From Cenococcum geophilum (Eukaryota): a stretch of DNA of 64,000 bases. Shown piece after piece: positions 49,556-60,638 of this stretch; positions within the stretch are counted from its first letter, which is position 1; each line of letters begins with the position of its first letter. The notes below the pieces were generated by a model. That model made no database searches and was not told the origin of the DNA. It saw only the letters and a list, made by a program, of their open reading frames with translations. The DNA lies in the NCBI GenBank assembly GCA_050273025.1, contig CP158635.1:24366001-24430000 (forward strand), given 5' to 3'. Both the position numbers and the translations under genes were made by a program.

Positions 49556-51898
49556 ATGGACGCAAAGGTATGTTATATCTAGCGTTCCTGTTCAGACTTC
49601 AAGAGTCCTGTCAAGCTTCAATTCCCATGTCGATGGCCGGGACATATTTCTGGACATTGTATGCCGAGATACATGGACATGACACAACAGCACTGTACCC
49701 AATCGCGTCTTGACTTCCATGGACAACCTGCATGGTGCTATCGCATTCCCTAGACATCTTGTTATAATGTCAAATAACGCGCTTTGGTAGCATCTTGTTT
49801 TCGAACACTGCTAACAACATATCCTTATAGCCGCAACGACCGCTTCGCGCTTTGCGCATTCGCGATGAAAATGTCCTACCTCAGCTCCCTGCCAGCAAGT
49901 CTATTCATCAACGGAACAAGTCGACACCCATCTTGTCAACGCTCGTGCAAGTGGGAGGGATCAAGGCTGCTGCAAAACGGACAGTCTTTGCGGATGTTAG
50001 CAACACTCTAAGACAGCCGCCAGCCAAAGATGACATGGTTATCTCTGGCAAAACAAACTTCGATGTCTTGAAAGATCCCGCTATCGTGGCTGTTAAGGAG
50101 CTTTCCAAGCCGACCGCCTTACTACGCCCTGCTCAACGTCCTCTGTCCACCCTCGCTTCCAGAATTAGCCTGGCAAATATTCCTAACTCTATAGCTTCAG
50201 CTGTTCCTAAGCATATGACAACAGAGACAAATGTGCAGACTGCCAACATCAAGAAGGTTCTTTCCAGGAAAAACACGACGATATTCAAGGAAACTGAGCC
50301 TGAACCGATAGTCGAATCCTACACGTCCACCACTTCTCAGCCCTTGCGTCCTGTTACCTCAACCACCCTGGTACACCAGGCGCTTCCATCCCGACGTGAA
50401 ACTGGTCAATCTGAAGCTTGTTTAGAATCATCCATAGAAAAGAGTGGACCTGACGCGATCATTGATAGCTCCAAGCTTTATCTACCTACGGATCATCATC
50501 AGATTTCTCTTCCGAATGAGAAAAGCTCGATGGTATCGAGGATTGAGGACCGTTTCGTGGACGCCGAGGAGACATCTAAGGTCGAGGCTATTGAAAAATA
50601 CGACGCTATTCCTGTCGAAAATCGGGACCAGTGTGAGTACCTCGATGCACTAGAGGAACAGGCAAGAGTTCTGGAGCAGGAGCGCAATGAGGAGCTTGCG
50701 AAGCAGTCCCAAGTGCTTCCTGTTTCTGAGCCAGAGGAGTACTGGGACGAAGATGAGGACGATGAATATTACGAGGCTGATGGGTACACCACCGCAAGAT
50801 CATTGCGATCGCGGAGCGACAATACAACCGGGGGTGTAACTATGGTTCTTGCTCCACGGGTTACAGCCAGATCGCGGAAAGAGCTTGAAGCTGCCAAACA
50901 ATACGTTGAGAGCATCAAGACGGTTGAGGATATTGAGGACGAACAGTGGGACACTTCAATGGTTGCAGAGTACGGAGAGGAGATCTTCGAATACATGAGG
51001 ACTCTTGAGGTAAATCGTGCCTATTCTATAATGCTTTAGTTAAATGCTGACGATAAATCGTAGGAGCGGATGAAGCCCAACGCTTCTTACATGGATCACC
51101 AAGCGGAGATACAATGGTCTATGCGATCAGTGCTTATGGATTGGCTTGTTCAAGTTCACCACCGGTTCACCCTCCTTCCGGAGACTCTCTTCCTTAGTGT
51201 CAACTATGTCGACCGCTTCTTATCCTGCAAAGTTGTCTCGCTCGGCAAGCTACAACTTGTCGGAGCTACTGCACTCTTTGTTGCCGCAAAGTACGAGGAG
51301 ATCAATTGCCCCTCTGTACAAGAAATTGTCTACATGGTGGACGGAGCTTACACTGTCGAGGAGATTCTTAAGGCTGAAAGATTCATGCTGAGCATGTTGC
51401 AATTCGAGCTTGGATGGCCAGGCCCTATGAGCTTCCTGAGGAGGGTCAGCAAGGCAGACGACTATGACTTGGAAACCCGGACACTTGCCAAGTACTTCCT
51501 CGAGATCACTATCATGGACGAGCGATTTGTCGGATGCTCTTCTAGCTTTACTGCAGCAGGCGCACACTGTCTTGCACGACTTATGCTGAAGAAGGGTGAT
51601 TGGGTGAGTTGCTACGCTTAATTTGTGCTGATTGAACTTAGCTAACATGACATAGTCCCAGGCACACGTTCACTATTCCGGTTATACCTATAACCAACTA
51701 CGTCAACTTGTCTCGGTGATATTTGAGTGTTGCGATAACCCTCAGAAGCATCATGCTGCCGTGTACGAAAAATATGCCGACAAGCGCTATAAGCGCGCAT
51801 CTCTCTTCGTGGAATCCGAAATATTGAAAGGCTTCCAACTTCCTTCTATATCAAGGGATAGTCTTGCCGGCCACACTCAGTCGTGGCGTCGTAAATAG
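49556..51898 (+). CDS. B-type (G2/M) cyclin, Clb3/Clb4-like
   Basis: D-box RTVFADVSN; cyclin box MRSVLMDWL...KLQLVG..ALFVAAKYEE; introns 49568-49830, 51010-51063, 51604-51655. Confidence 0.95.
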
Positions 51899-52860
51899 AG
51901 TTAGTCGTCTTCCAAGGAGTGTACAAGGACGTTACACTTTTTCTTTTGTTGTGGGCATATCTTACTTGACCAGATACGGTAGCAAGAAGAACTGGCATCG
52001 ATCTCTACGATCTTTAGCCGTATCTGGATCTGCTGGGGCCACTGTGTCTTTCCTGTCAGTATCGGGTGGTGTTCATGGATCCTTGGAAGAGAAGGAGCTT
52101 GAGGCGGCTTTTTCTGCAGATCCCCACACTCGTTTTTTTTTCCACTGATACCAGGCTTTTCATGAAACCCCAGGCTTTGTCCTAGATCCAGTGACCGAGT
52201 TACTTTGCTTGCTCACTGTCAATTTTACTTGAGAGAGTACCCATTCTCCCCGGATTTGGACCTGTGATTCTCTCAGGCTTCTTGGCTTCTTGATTATTCT
52301 CTTCCTTTCTCTATACTGTCGATTAGCTTCACTTATATATTTCCTTGGTTTGTTGAGCGTGGTAGGGATCGGCATTCACGACGAAACGATGAGATGACTA
52401 TCTAGCTAATTCCCCATCGCTGCGATGCAGGCGACATCACCCCATTTCTTTTGTTTTTCCTTTGTCTTCAAACACTTTAGATCGGTTTATTATTCGGTGT
52501 TGCTGAGCGGCGAAAGCAGTTAGTGGCACTTGGGTTTACGCGCATCAAAAAGGGTCAGTATATAGTGGGAGAGAATCAAAACCTGAATTGTCTTTATGAC
52601 AGGTTTAACCCTATACTCATGCTAAGATTGGCTTGTTTGCTCCCGGACGCAAACTTCTGGGTATTTGCATCGGTCAACTTCCCCGCGGCCCCATTGCCCT
52701 CTGATAAAAACACCCCCCTCGACTTTCCTGGTACCCAAACCATATACGCAGGTTTGGTGGGGTATTCTTAAGTCATAGCAATACCATTAAGAACCCATAA
52801 TCAAAGTTATTCTTTCCTCTGACCTTCCATCCATCCGTCCTACGCCTAATACGGCGCTTG

Positions 52861-53309
52861 TCATGAAGGCGCTTGGGGGGAAATTAGAACTACCGAATCT
52901 CCTACAAACCGTAAGCGCAATTCCAGAAAAGTCAAACCAAGTGCCAGACCTCGAACGAAAAGCATCTCCGACTGCTTCCTAACCGTCTAGTTCGAATGTC
53001 AGCTTAGCTCTGCCGTGCGCGTTGAAGTGCACCGACCCTCACTGTTTCTTCTTCCTCATCGTCCTCTTCCACCACATAGATAGTTTCCTCCACGTCTCCT
53101 AGGACTAGGTTACAATGACTATCATATGCCTTTATCAATATCAGCTTAAGTAATACGTTATGCTGGCTCTGCATTCCACGCACATGAAGTCTTCCTTTCA
53201 ATTCACGATCGCCTCGGAGCTTCACGAAAACAACTTCGTCAAGGCAAAGACGGACGAGATCAAGCGGCTCTGAGACTGAAGTGGCAGCTCCATCGTCCAC
53301 GTCGGCCAT
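52861..53309 (-). CDS. LSM3: U6 snRNA-associated Sm-like protein LSm3
   Basis: [40 protein letters not shown]...|[15 protein letters not shown]; three introns. Confidence 0.95.
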
Positions 53310-53493
53310 GGTGAGGTATCAAACTGAATGCGACAGCGGGGGTAGTTTCTCTTGCGTTAGGGAAGGTGGTGCGGCGGAAGTCAAGCTGCTTAGTCACGAT
53401 TTAAATTCTGTTCGTCAATTAAAGCTCGGTGAAAAACTCTTGAGAGTAAAACCACGACCTCGACCTGTTAGCAATGCCGTCCCACTGCCGTCC

Positions 53494-55731
53494 ATGACCA
53501 GCCTTTTCGCCAGAGCCGGAACATTCGAGACTCGAATTGGCTCTGGAGCTCGCGCCGCCCATCCTGCCAAAAGGAAGAGGTGGACTTGTCCGCAATGCCA
53601 ATTGAAAGGGGCTCAACAGCGCCGGCGCGCTGTCGCGCTTGATCCCCGCCATCGAATTTATAAAGGTTCGGTTAGAGAGGAAATTTCGGGAAGGGAGATA
53701 CCGAGATTAAAACTATACGGAGCTGCTGTACGTGAAGGCTACACGACAGACTACTCGCAACTAGAGCCACATAAACGACGGCTGGACAAAGTCCAAGATT
53801 CCGGCAACCAATCCTCTCCTTCGACTAATGAATCTCTCCCATATTCTACTATATCTCAAAATTCTCGTCTAGAAGCCGATTACCGAATCGATATTCCAAA
53901 AGCCCTACGCTGGAAAGACCGTGACCTTCTCATTCGAGCTACCATACAAGCTTCTAATGATTCCGATTATATTCGGTCTATACCTGCAACCACGTTTAGT
54001 GAGGTTCTTGTGCTTCTCGATCCCCAATACTTTGTGGTTGCCCTTCGTGATGTTCACGAAGATATTAGCACTGCGATGGCCTCCCGCCTTGAGGTACCAC
54101 CAATACAAGAGATTCATGATGAATTCACTGGAACCATTCAAAGACTTGTGCTCACAAGAAAATCATCGGGAATGAAGTTAGGCTTGATAGATTATAAACA
54201 ACTGCTGAAGTGTGCAAGCGCTGTTGGAAATGCAGAAGTGGCAACCACTGTCTGGAAGGAGATGCAAACTGACAAAATAGCACCTGACACTGAGTGCTAC
54301 AACTATTTGCTGTCTGCTATTGTTTGGAACAAGCATCACAGACCTGAAGCTCGTCAGGGTCTACGAATCTCTAAGTGGAATCTCAAGTGGCGTGCGATGG
54401 AATCCAGGGGTCGACCGTACACCGGACTATCACACGGGCGGAACTGGGACTATACCGGATATAAAGTCGGATCTGGCGGCATCAAGGATGTTATGAACAG
54501 CTGGTTCCGCGAAATGCTCTACCGGGACTGTCTTCCAACAGAAGAAACATTCACCCTGTTGATAGAGGCATACGGACGGGAGGGGGATATTAAGAGCGTG
54601 CATAACATTCTAAGAAAAGTCTGGAACATTGATATTGTAGCCATCCAGAAAGGTCGTCCAACCGGCCTCTCTGCAGCAACGTCCCAGACGTCCTCTTCTA
54701 CTCTCAGTCCCAGCGTGGGCCTTCTCCATACCTTAGCCAGGGTCTTTGGGATGAACAATGATATTCCGACTGCCATGAAGTTGGTAGACTTCGTTGCGCG
54801 AAATTACGATCTTAAAATACCAGGAACAGTCTGGGCGCTACTACTCGAATGGACTTTTGTCCTTTCCAAAAGCCGCTCCGGGAAAAAAATGGAGCTGTCT
54901 GCAAAATTGGGAAAGCTAGTTACGGACAGCCCGGAACAGTTATGGAACATCATGGTTTCACCGCCCTACAACATCAGACCTACGATCCCTATGTATAACC
55001 GACTGATCAGACATTACGCCCGTGTGCCTTCTCGGTACCCTGAAGTTAATAACCGAATGATTGAAAAGATCAGAGAGGGCTCGGCGCTATTGCTTGACAC
55101 TCTCAGAGAAGTACGTAGAGCTGCCTCTAGCCTTGCGCGAGCAAAAGAACTCGCCAAAAGAGGTCTCCTGACGGGTAGCGTGGAGCAGTTTGAACGGAAA
55201 TATGAGTACCTCGTATTGATAAAAAGGCGTGATCATTTGATCGTTAGGCGATGGATACGGTTGTTTTTTTGGCATCGATTCCTATCTGGATACGAGTCAC
55301 TTCCTCCAAAATTACTCCTCTCGATGTTACCTTTGGCTCCAGCACATATTCGTTACCAGACGGAAACCGGCTGGATCGAGTTCGCTGTCCGAAAACCGAG
55401 CTCGATAGAATCTCCAGAGGCTAGGTACCTCCGCTATAGCACAAATTCACCAGGCTATATTGAGTTTGATAACCAGAAAGAACAGCCGAGGGAGTTGAGT
55501 CAACGTCAGCATAGAAACATGAGAAGGGCAAGGCGGAAGAAACGGTGGCTGCGGAAGAATACGGCGCTGGGCTCCCCAAAAAACTCTGCCGAAAAACATC
55601 AGGCCCCGCGACTGCCCATACAGCCTCGTCAGCTCACCATCACGCGAAGACGGCGGGTCCATTTTAGGAAATTATCTAGCAGACGATCAGGTCAGCGCCA
55701 AGAGTCAAAGCAAGTCTCAGAGTCCATATAG
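53494..55731 (+). CDS. Mitochondrial PPR protein, ATP13/AEP2-like
   Basis: PPR-like repeats (PDTECYNYLL, PTEETFTLLIEAYGREGD); FG.NNDIP.A..LVDFV...Y...IP..VW..LLEWT motif; first plausible ATG at 53494. Confidence 0.82.
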   Translation: MTSLFARAGTFETRIGSGARAAHPAKRKRWTCPQCQLKGAQQRRRAVALDPRHRIYKGSVREEISGREIPRLKLYGAAVREGYTTDYSQLEPHKRRLDKVQDSGNQSSPSTNESLPYSTISQNSRLEADYRIDIPKALRWKDRDLLIRATIQASNDSDYIRSIPATTFSEVLVLLDPQYFVVALRDVHEDISTAMASRLEVPPIQEIHDEFTGTIQRLVLTRKSSGMKLGLIDYKQLLKCASAVGNAEVATTVWKEMQTDKIAPDTECYNYLLSAIVWNKHHRPEARQGLRISKWNLKWRAMESRGRPYTGLSHGRNWDYTGYKVGSGGIKDVMNSWFREMLYRDCLPTEETFTLLIEAYGREGDIKSVHNILRKVWNIDIVAIQKGRPTGLSAATSQTSSSTLSPSVGLLHTLARVFGMNNDIPTAMKLVDFVARNYDLKIPGTVWALLLEWTFVLSKSRSGKKMELSAKLGKLVTDSPEQLWNIMVSPPYNIRPTIPMYNRLIRHYARVPSRYPEVNNRMIEKIREGSALLLDTLREVRRAASSLARAKELAKRGLLTGSVEQFERKYEYLVLIKRRDHLIVRRWIRLFFWHRFLSGYESLPPKLLLSMLPLAPAHIRYQTETGWIEFAVRKPSSIESPEARYLRYSTNSPGYIEFDNQKEQPRELSQRQHRNMRRARRKKRWLRKNTALGSPKNSAEKHQAPRLPIQPRQLTITRRRRVHFRKLSSRRSGQRQESKQVSESI

Positions 55732-56234
55732 ATAGATATCTCACAGGTGCATTTCTACGAGCATTTTGAGGTATGACGGTGTATGTATAGCGTCAATGCC
55801 AACAGCCCTGATGGTGCGCCTACTTCATAAATGGCATTACGAAAGGGGGATTGAACAGAACGATCTCGATTTCATATTTGGGATCGATTTCTTGTCGCAT
55901 TTAGCGGTTTCTAGTCTTCTACTTTCCGTGTATTATAGTTGTACTATGCATTCTTTCAGTATCTCACGTGGATATGAGACAAAGAAATCCTGGACATAGA
56001 AGCTATTATTGGTCCTGCTCACTGTCACGGTCCTTATCAGAACTGCATCCCACTTTCGGCTCCCCACGTGATACTCGCTCCCAATGAATTCTTGCCAAGG
56101 TGCGCTGTGACCAGGCATGACGCACGCCAAAGAACTAGCAATCTACACAGAAATAGCACTTGACAAACACTTCTGACTAGCTACCAAAATACTTCCCTCT
56201 AGAGTGTCCTTAGATATCTCCTTATCCTGCAAGA

Positions 56235-58274
56235 ATGGAAGATGAGAAACAGAATCCGCTTTTGGCAGCTATGCCACCTGCCACAGACTACATCACCTAT
56301 CTGACAATTATCGAATACAATCTCACAGCGGATATCCTTCCAACCCTACATCAAGTCTTACAAGATACAAAGCTTACGGTAAACATCGGCTGGGACCTTG
56401 TGCACCTCCTACTACCGCTTTTGCCCGATTCGCAGCAATGCCTCCAGGATATTGCTGTCCGGGGAAATCCCCGTGAGGTCATTCTTAAAGTCACTGAAGC
56501 GTTGCGACTGCTAGAATTTAACGAGCCAGCAGTGAGCTCAGAAGTAGAAGAGGAAGAGGCTCTTTCAGAAGCGCTACGAGAATCTGCTATTAGGGAACTG
56601 GCTGCAGAGGCTGGGGAATCGAGTGCTAGCGACGCTACTAAGAATCGAGCCAATTTTTCTCTACCATACCTCCAGTTCGAGATGCTGCTTTTCATGCTGG
56701 CGACCCTTCATCAACGAGTCAAAACAAAGTATCCTAGCCGATTCCTCTCCACCAGTCTTCAAGCTGTCTTAGCAGGGTATTCCAAAGCTGAAACACATGT
56801 TGATGCATTTACAATGGCCGCTGTACAATTTGCTAAGATACTTTCTGGTACCAAGAGACCTCACCTTCCACCTAGAGTAAGTAGCGGAAACCTATTAAAA
56901 GTTTCTTCGGAACAGCCGGAGCCTGATCCTGAAGCACAAAACGAGCCACTTTCGGAAGAGGAGGTTACTTTGAACAGGCGCCTTTTGCAATCATTTATTA
57001 CGCATATTCTAGAGGATTATATGCTCTCGTTGACATCTGCTGAAGATGTGCCCGGCCTTGCTTGGTCTAGCAGATTAATGGAAAAGCTACAGCCGGCTAG
57101 GATTGTTCCCGGTAAAACTACGTATGTGGATAGGTTCGCAAAAGAGGAGGATCTGCAGGCACGGTCGTCCATTGTAGGCCAACTCGTAGCTATTGCTCAG
57201 GATTTGGGTGTGAGTTCAGAGGATCTGTATCAAACCATTATCGATTCTCGCATGGAGGAGGTTGGAGAACGCGATGAGGAAAGCGATCCACCGGCCTCCG
57301 CAGATGACATCCCACTGTCCAAAACCGGATCGTTGTTCCTTTTTGCAGCAAGGAAAATATCAGAGATATTATACGAATCTACAGGCGCAGATGTTAAAGT
57401 ATCAGTTTTTCCGGAACATGCAGCCATCCTTCACAACTTTGTTGGGAACGATAGTCCTTCAAGCATTGGCACCGAATCAGAATCCCTGCTTGACGCGATT
57501 CTTTGCCTCGGCCTTCTTGCATTAGAGAAAAATCAGATAGGCGAGCCTTTGGATGACGAACAATTTGCAAAATATCTTCAAGCCACTTCTCTTATCTCCG
57601 CCAATACTCCATCGCCTACTCTCCGTTACCATGCTCACTACCTAACCTCAACTATTCTCCGCTCGCACCCTTCGGATGTTGTGCGGCTCTCTTTCATCCG
57701 CGACACTCTTGAACACTGTCCTTACGAAAATCTTAAGGCTAGCGCTGTTGGCTGGCTAAAAGGTGAAACACTCGAGGCCAATATGCCATCGGCCATCTCA
57801 CAAGCTCCACACCCAACAGATGCAACGACATCTCTACCACATTCTCCTCCAGAAGAGGAACCGTCTATCTTCACTACTCCTGCCGCTCTTGCCACTGTCT
57901 CGCCATTTCTCTTCCCAGATCTGACCCATGCGATCGTCGCGCCTGGCGGACTTCCAGAAGCATGGGCGCAATTTCGTATGGAGCTGAGCTTCTATCTTGC
58001 TGCTCTAAACTTCTACTACCTCCTTCTAACCGCGAAGTTCTTGCACCAAGTTCTTGACATCCCTGGATTGCACGAGGGAAGTGACATCGGAGGGTCATAC
58101 TTGCATCCCCTACGGCAAGCTGCTGGGAAGTTCAAGGAGGCTTTGGCGGAAGGTGGGCAACTATGGGAGGCTGAAGGCGAAGAGAGCGTGAAAGCCGGCA
58201 TGATGGATTTGATGATTTTAGAAGATGTTTTGGATAGAGTTACTGCGGGCGTGAAGAAGCTAAATGGGGTGTGA
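56235..58274 (+). CDS. YAP-binding/ALF4/glomulin (Ybp1/Ybp2-like) protein
   Basis: PPATDY.TYLTI.EY, IGWDL, GNPREV and CPYENLK motifs; single 679-aa exon. Confidence 0.85.
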   Translation: MEDEKQNPLLAAMPPATDYITYLTIIEYNLTADILPTLHQVLQDTKLTVNIGWDLVHLLLPLLPDSQQCLQDIAVRGNPREVILKVTEALRLLEFNEPAVSSEVEEEEALSEALRESAIRELAAEAGESSASDATKNRANFSLPYLQFEMLLFMLATLHQRVKTKYPSRFLSTSLQAVLAGYSKAETHVDAFTMAAVQFAKILSGTKRPHLPPRVSSGNLLKVSSEQPEPDPEAQNEPLSEEEVTLNRRLLQSFITHILEDYMLSLTSAEDVPGLAWSSRLMEKLQPARIVPGKTTYVDRFAKEEDLQARSSIVGQLVAIAQDLGVSSEDLYQTIIDSRMEEVGERDEESDPPASADDIPLSKTGSLFLFAARKISEILYESTGADVKVSVFPEHAAILHNFVGNDSPSSIGTESESLLDAILCLGLLALEKNQIGEPLDDEQFAKYLQATSLISANTPSPTLRYHAHYLTSTILRSHPSDVVRLSFIRDTLEHCPYENLKASAVGWLKGETLEANMPSAISQAPHPTDATTSLPHSPPEEEPSIFTTPAALATVSPFLFPDLTHAIVAPGGLPEAWAQFRMELSFYLAALNFYYLLLTAKFLHQVLDIPGLHEGSDIGGSYLHPLRQAAGKFKEALAEGGQLWEAEGEESVKAGMMDLMILEDVLDRVTAGVKKLNGV

Positions 58275-58659
58275 TGGATGCGATAAAACGACCTGGGAGA
58301 GTGCTACCACGATGATTCTTTATGATATGAGCAACGAAACATAGTGCTAATCTTTACAGCCACTTCGAGTAGGTTAAATGAGCGTTGTGGCTCCTCAAAT
58401 ACACGCGAAATGAAAACAATGCCTAAGATTCCTACTTCCGTAGCAGACATCCAATCGATGGTGGAGGCCCTGACATATGTCAGAAAAGGCGGGGCAAACC
58501 ATATCTAGATTTAGGGTTTGCGCCACCGCAGATCCCCCGCGCTAGCTACGGGCCGAGTTTCTCCGCTCGAACCCGTCAACTACGAAGCTACAATTCAACC
58601 AACCATGTTGTCTTCCTCTCTCTTACTAGCCTAATACTTTATAGCCACACGCCTCGCCA

Positions 58660-59035
58660 AAATGTCTACGTATCTACTTTCAGTACGACTTACTTCTCAA
58701 TTGCGCCATGAAGTTTTAGTAATGCTGACGTAACGCAGAACTTTGAGGATCATATCCTCAACCTAGATGCCCAATGCCTCTTCCTCAACCAAGCAATTGA
58801 GGGGGCGAATGTGGCGATGCTGGGTATGCCGGAGATTGTGAAGGAGATTCGGGCATTGAGGAGCCAGACCAGTGAAATAAGGGCTAATATGGAGAGGGTG
58901 CGGAACTTATTGGTGGGTCAGCAGACTTTCTCCTTTATGTTTTGCAACGATGATTGTTCGAGGGATCCTTTATGTTTTAGAATGAGTTTACATAGCGGAG
59001 TTACTTTAATGATGGAATCCACGTGTGGCTCCTAA
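58660..59035 (+). CDS. Possible small spliced gene of unknown function
   Basis: GCTGAC..CAG acceptor near 58738 followed by an open frame NFEDHILNL...; no family recognised. Confidence 0.3.
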
Positions 59036-59211
59036 GCAGGCGTCTTGCATTTTATCATTAGCCTTTATTCTTTAAGGTGATATTGACTGTTGCATAGGTC
59101 GACCATTTCAGTGGACATAATGATAGAGCCTATGGGGAATCTTCGGATACATTAACAGCAACTCGGCCATCGGACGCGGATTCTCGAAAAACACCTTTTC
59201 CGACATTCGCT

Positions 59212-60214
59212 ATGCCGAGTCCACGGCCCTCCGCCGAAACACCACCAGTTGCTGATCGTTTGGATACAAAGATTAGGCGTGAATCCTCTGAAGAAGCAGA
59301 GGATGGCTATCCTGATATCGACAAAGCGACAAGAGCGGCTATGGCTGATGGAAGACAGTTATTCGTGGGGAATCTTTCACTAACGACATCAGACAAGGAC
59401 CTGAAGGCTTTCTTCGGACCAACCAAAGTGTGAGTAACGCCGTAAGCATTCACCAAATTCCACAGACCCGACCCTTGCACGGCGTTCTTTGAGGGGCCGT
59501 AAGGCTCAACTCTAACGACGAACCAACAGAGAATCCACCAAAATACCAAGAAACCTTGAAGATGGTCAGCCAGGGCGTTACGGTTTCGTCACTATGACAA
59601 CAGCAGCACATGCCCAGAGTGCTATTTCGGAGCTCAATAACCAACTGCTTTGCGAGCGCCCTATGTTCATAAGGCTGTGCAAAAAAACTCCGAACGGCCA
59701 GACGGATAGCCATCAGCCCACCAAGAGGCGGGCTTCTGAAGGACCCTCAGAAACATCTAAATTCAGCCCACATAAAAAGGCGAAAACAGAGGACTCGCGG
59801 CATAGGCGGCTATCCGGGCCGGATCGCTACGTCCCATTCGAGCACCTGACACCTACAAACGATTACAATCCCCCGGCGATCGAGTTCGAAGATATATCAG
59901 AGGAGGTGGACAGGAGACTGAAGAAGAGTGCGCTTCGTCGACGGCGCCAAAGTCAGCTGCTCGAGGGCGCAAGGAAACGCAAGCGGGACGAACATGATGA
60001 CAGTGAAAGCGAGGGAAGTCCGGAAAATCGTGAGGGCAGATTGACCCCTCCACCTGGGATGAGTCCGCCGCCAAAGAAGCAAAAGCAGAGCGCACCGCAG
60101 GAAAAACGCAAGCAGTCAGAGATAAGTTATGACGACGCTGAGGTCCCTAAAGATGCCAGTCCGAGAAGTGCAAAGTTACGAAAGGCTGAGCTGATTTGTC
60201 AGGATGGAAAATAG
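59212..60214 (+). CDS. RRM-domain RNA-binding protein with basic/acidic tail
   Basis: RNP2 LFVGNL, RNP1-like RYGFV and AQSAISELN motifs; intron after ~59428. Confidence 0.8.
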
Positions 60215-60603
60215 ATTTTTGCATGAGCTGGCTTGGATATTGAATCGGTGTGGATCCCGCGATCATATATTAAATTAAGTTTGGCATATGCATGGATATG
60301 CAGTACGACATGCTATATATGTACTTCTAAAGCAGGTGGTTGTATGGGTGGTTGTATGAGTGGATATGATGGGCAATGAGGGCTATGTACCATATGAGGC
60401 ATATATAGATGATAGATCCAATCAAAATATTTCCTATTATGATACGGAGTAAGTGTGGAGTACTTACGCAGCTTATTCGGAACTCTCCGCACATAAATGA
60501 CCGTGGCCTAGGTAAGAGGGCCACTTGACAAGTTAAAATCTGTGCAGGGGTAAATGTGTTTACAATATATAATGAAATCCTTTATTCTTATCTTATCTGC
60601 AAA

Positions 60604-60638
60604 GACACAGTGCCAGAGTGGTTAATGGGTACGACTCG
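60604..60638 (+). tRNA. 5' half of a tRNA, probably Ser(CGA), truncated at the anticodon
   Basis: GACACAG-TG-CCA-GAGTGGTTAA-TGG-G-TACGA-CT-CG: acceptor strand, 3-bp D stem with A-box, anticodon stem; no T arm or 3' acceptor strand follows. Confidence 0.72.

Noticed and set aside
53281..53493. GTG-initiated N-terminal extension of the 816-aa ORF
   Set aside because: Overlaps the LSM3 start on the opposite strand; the eukaryotic start is more likely the ATG at 53494
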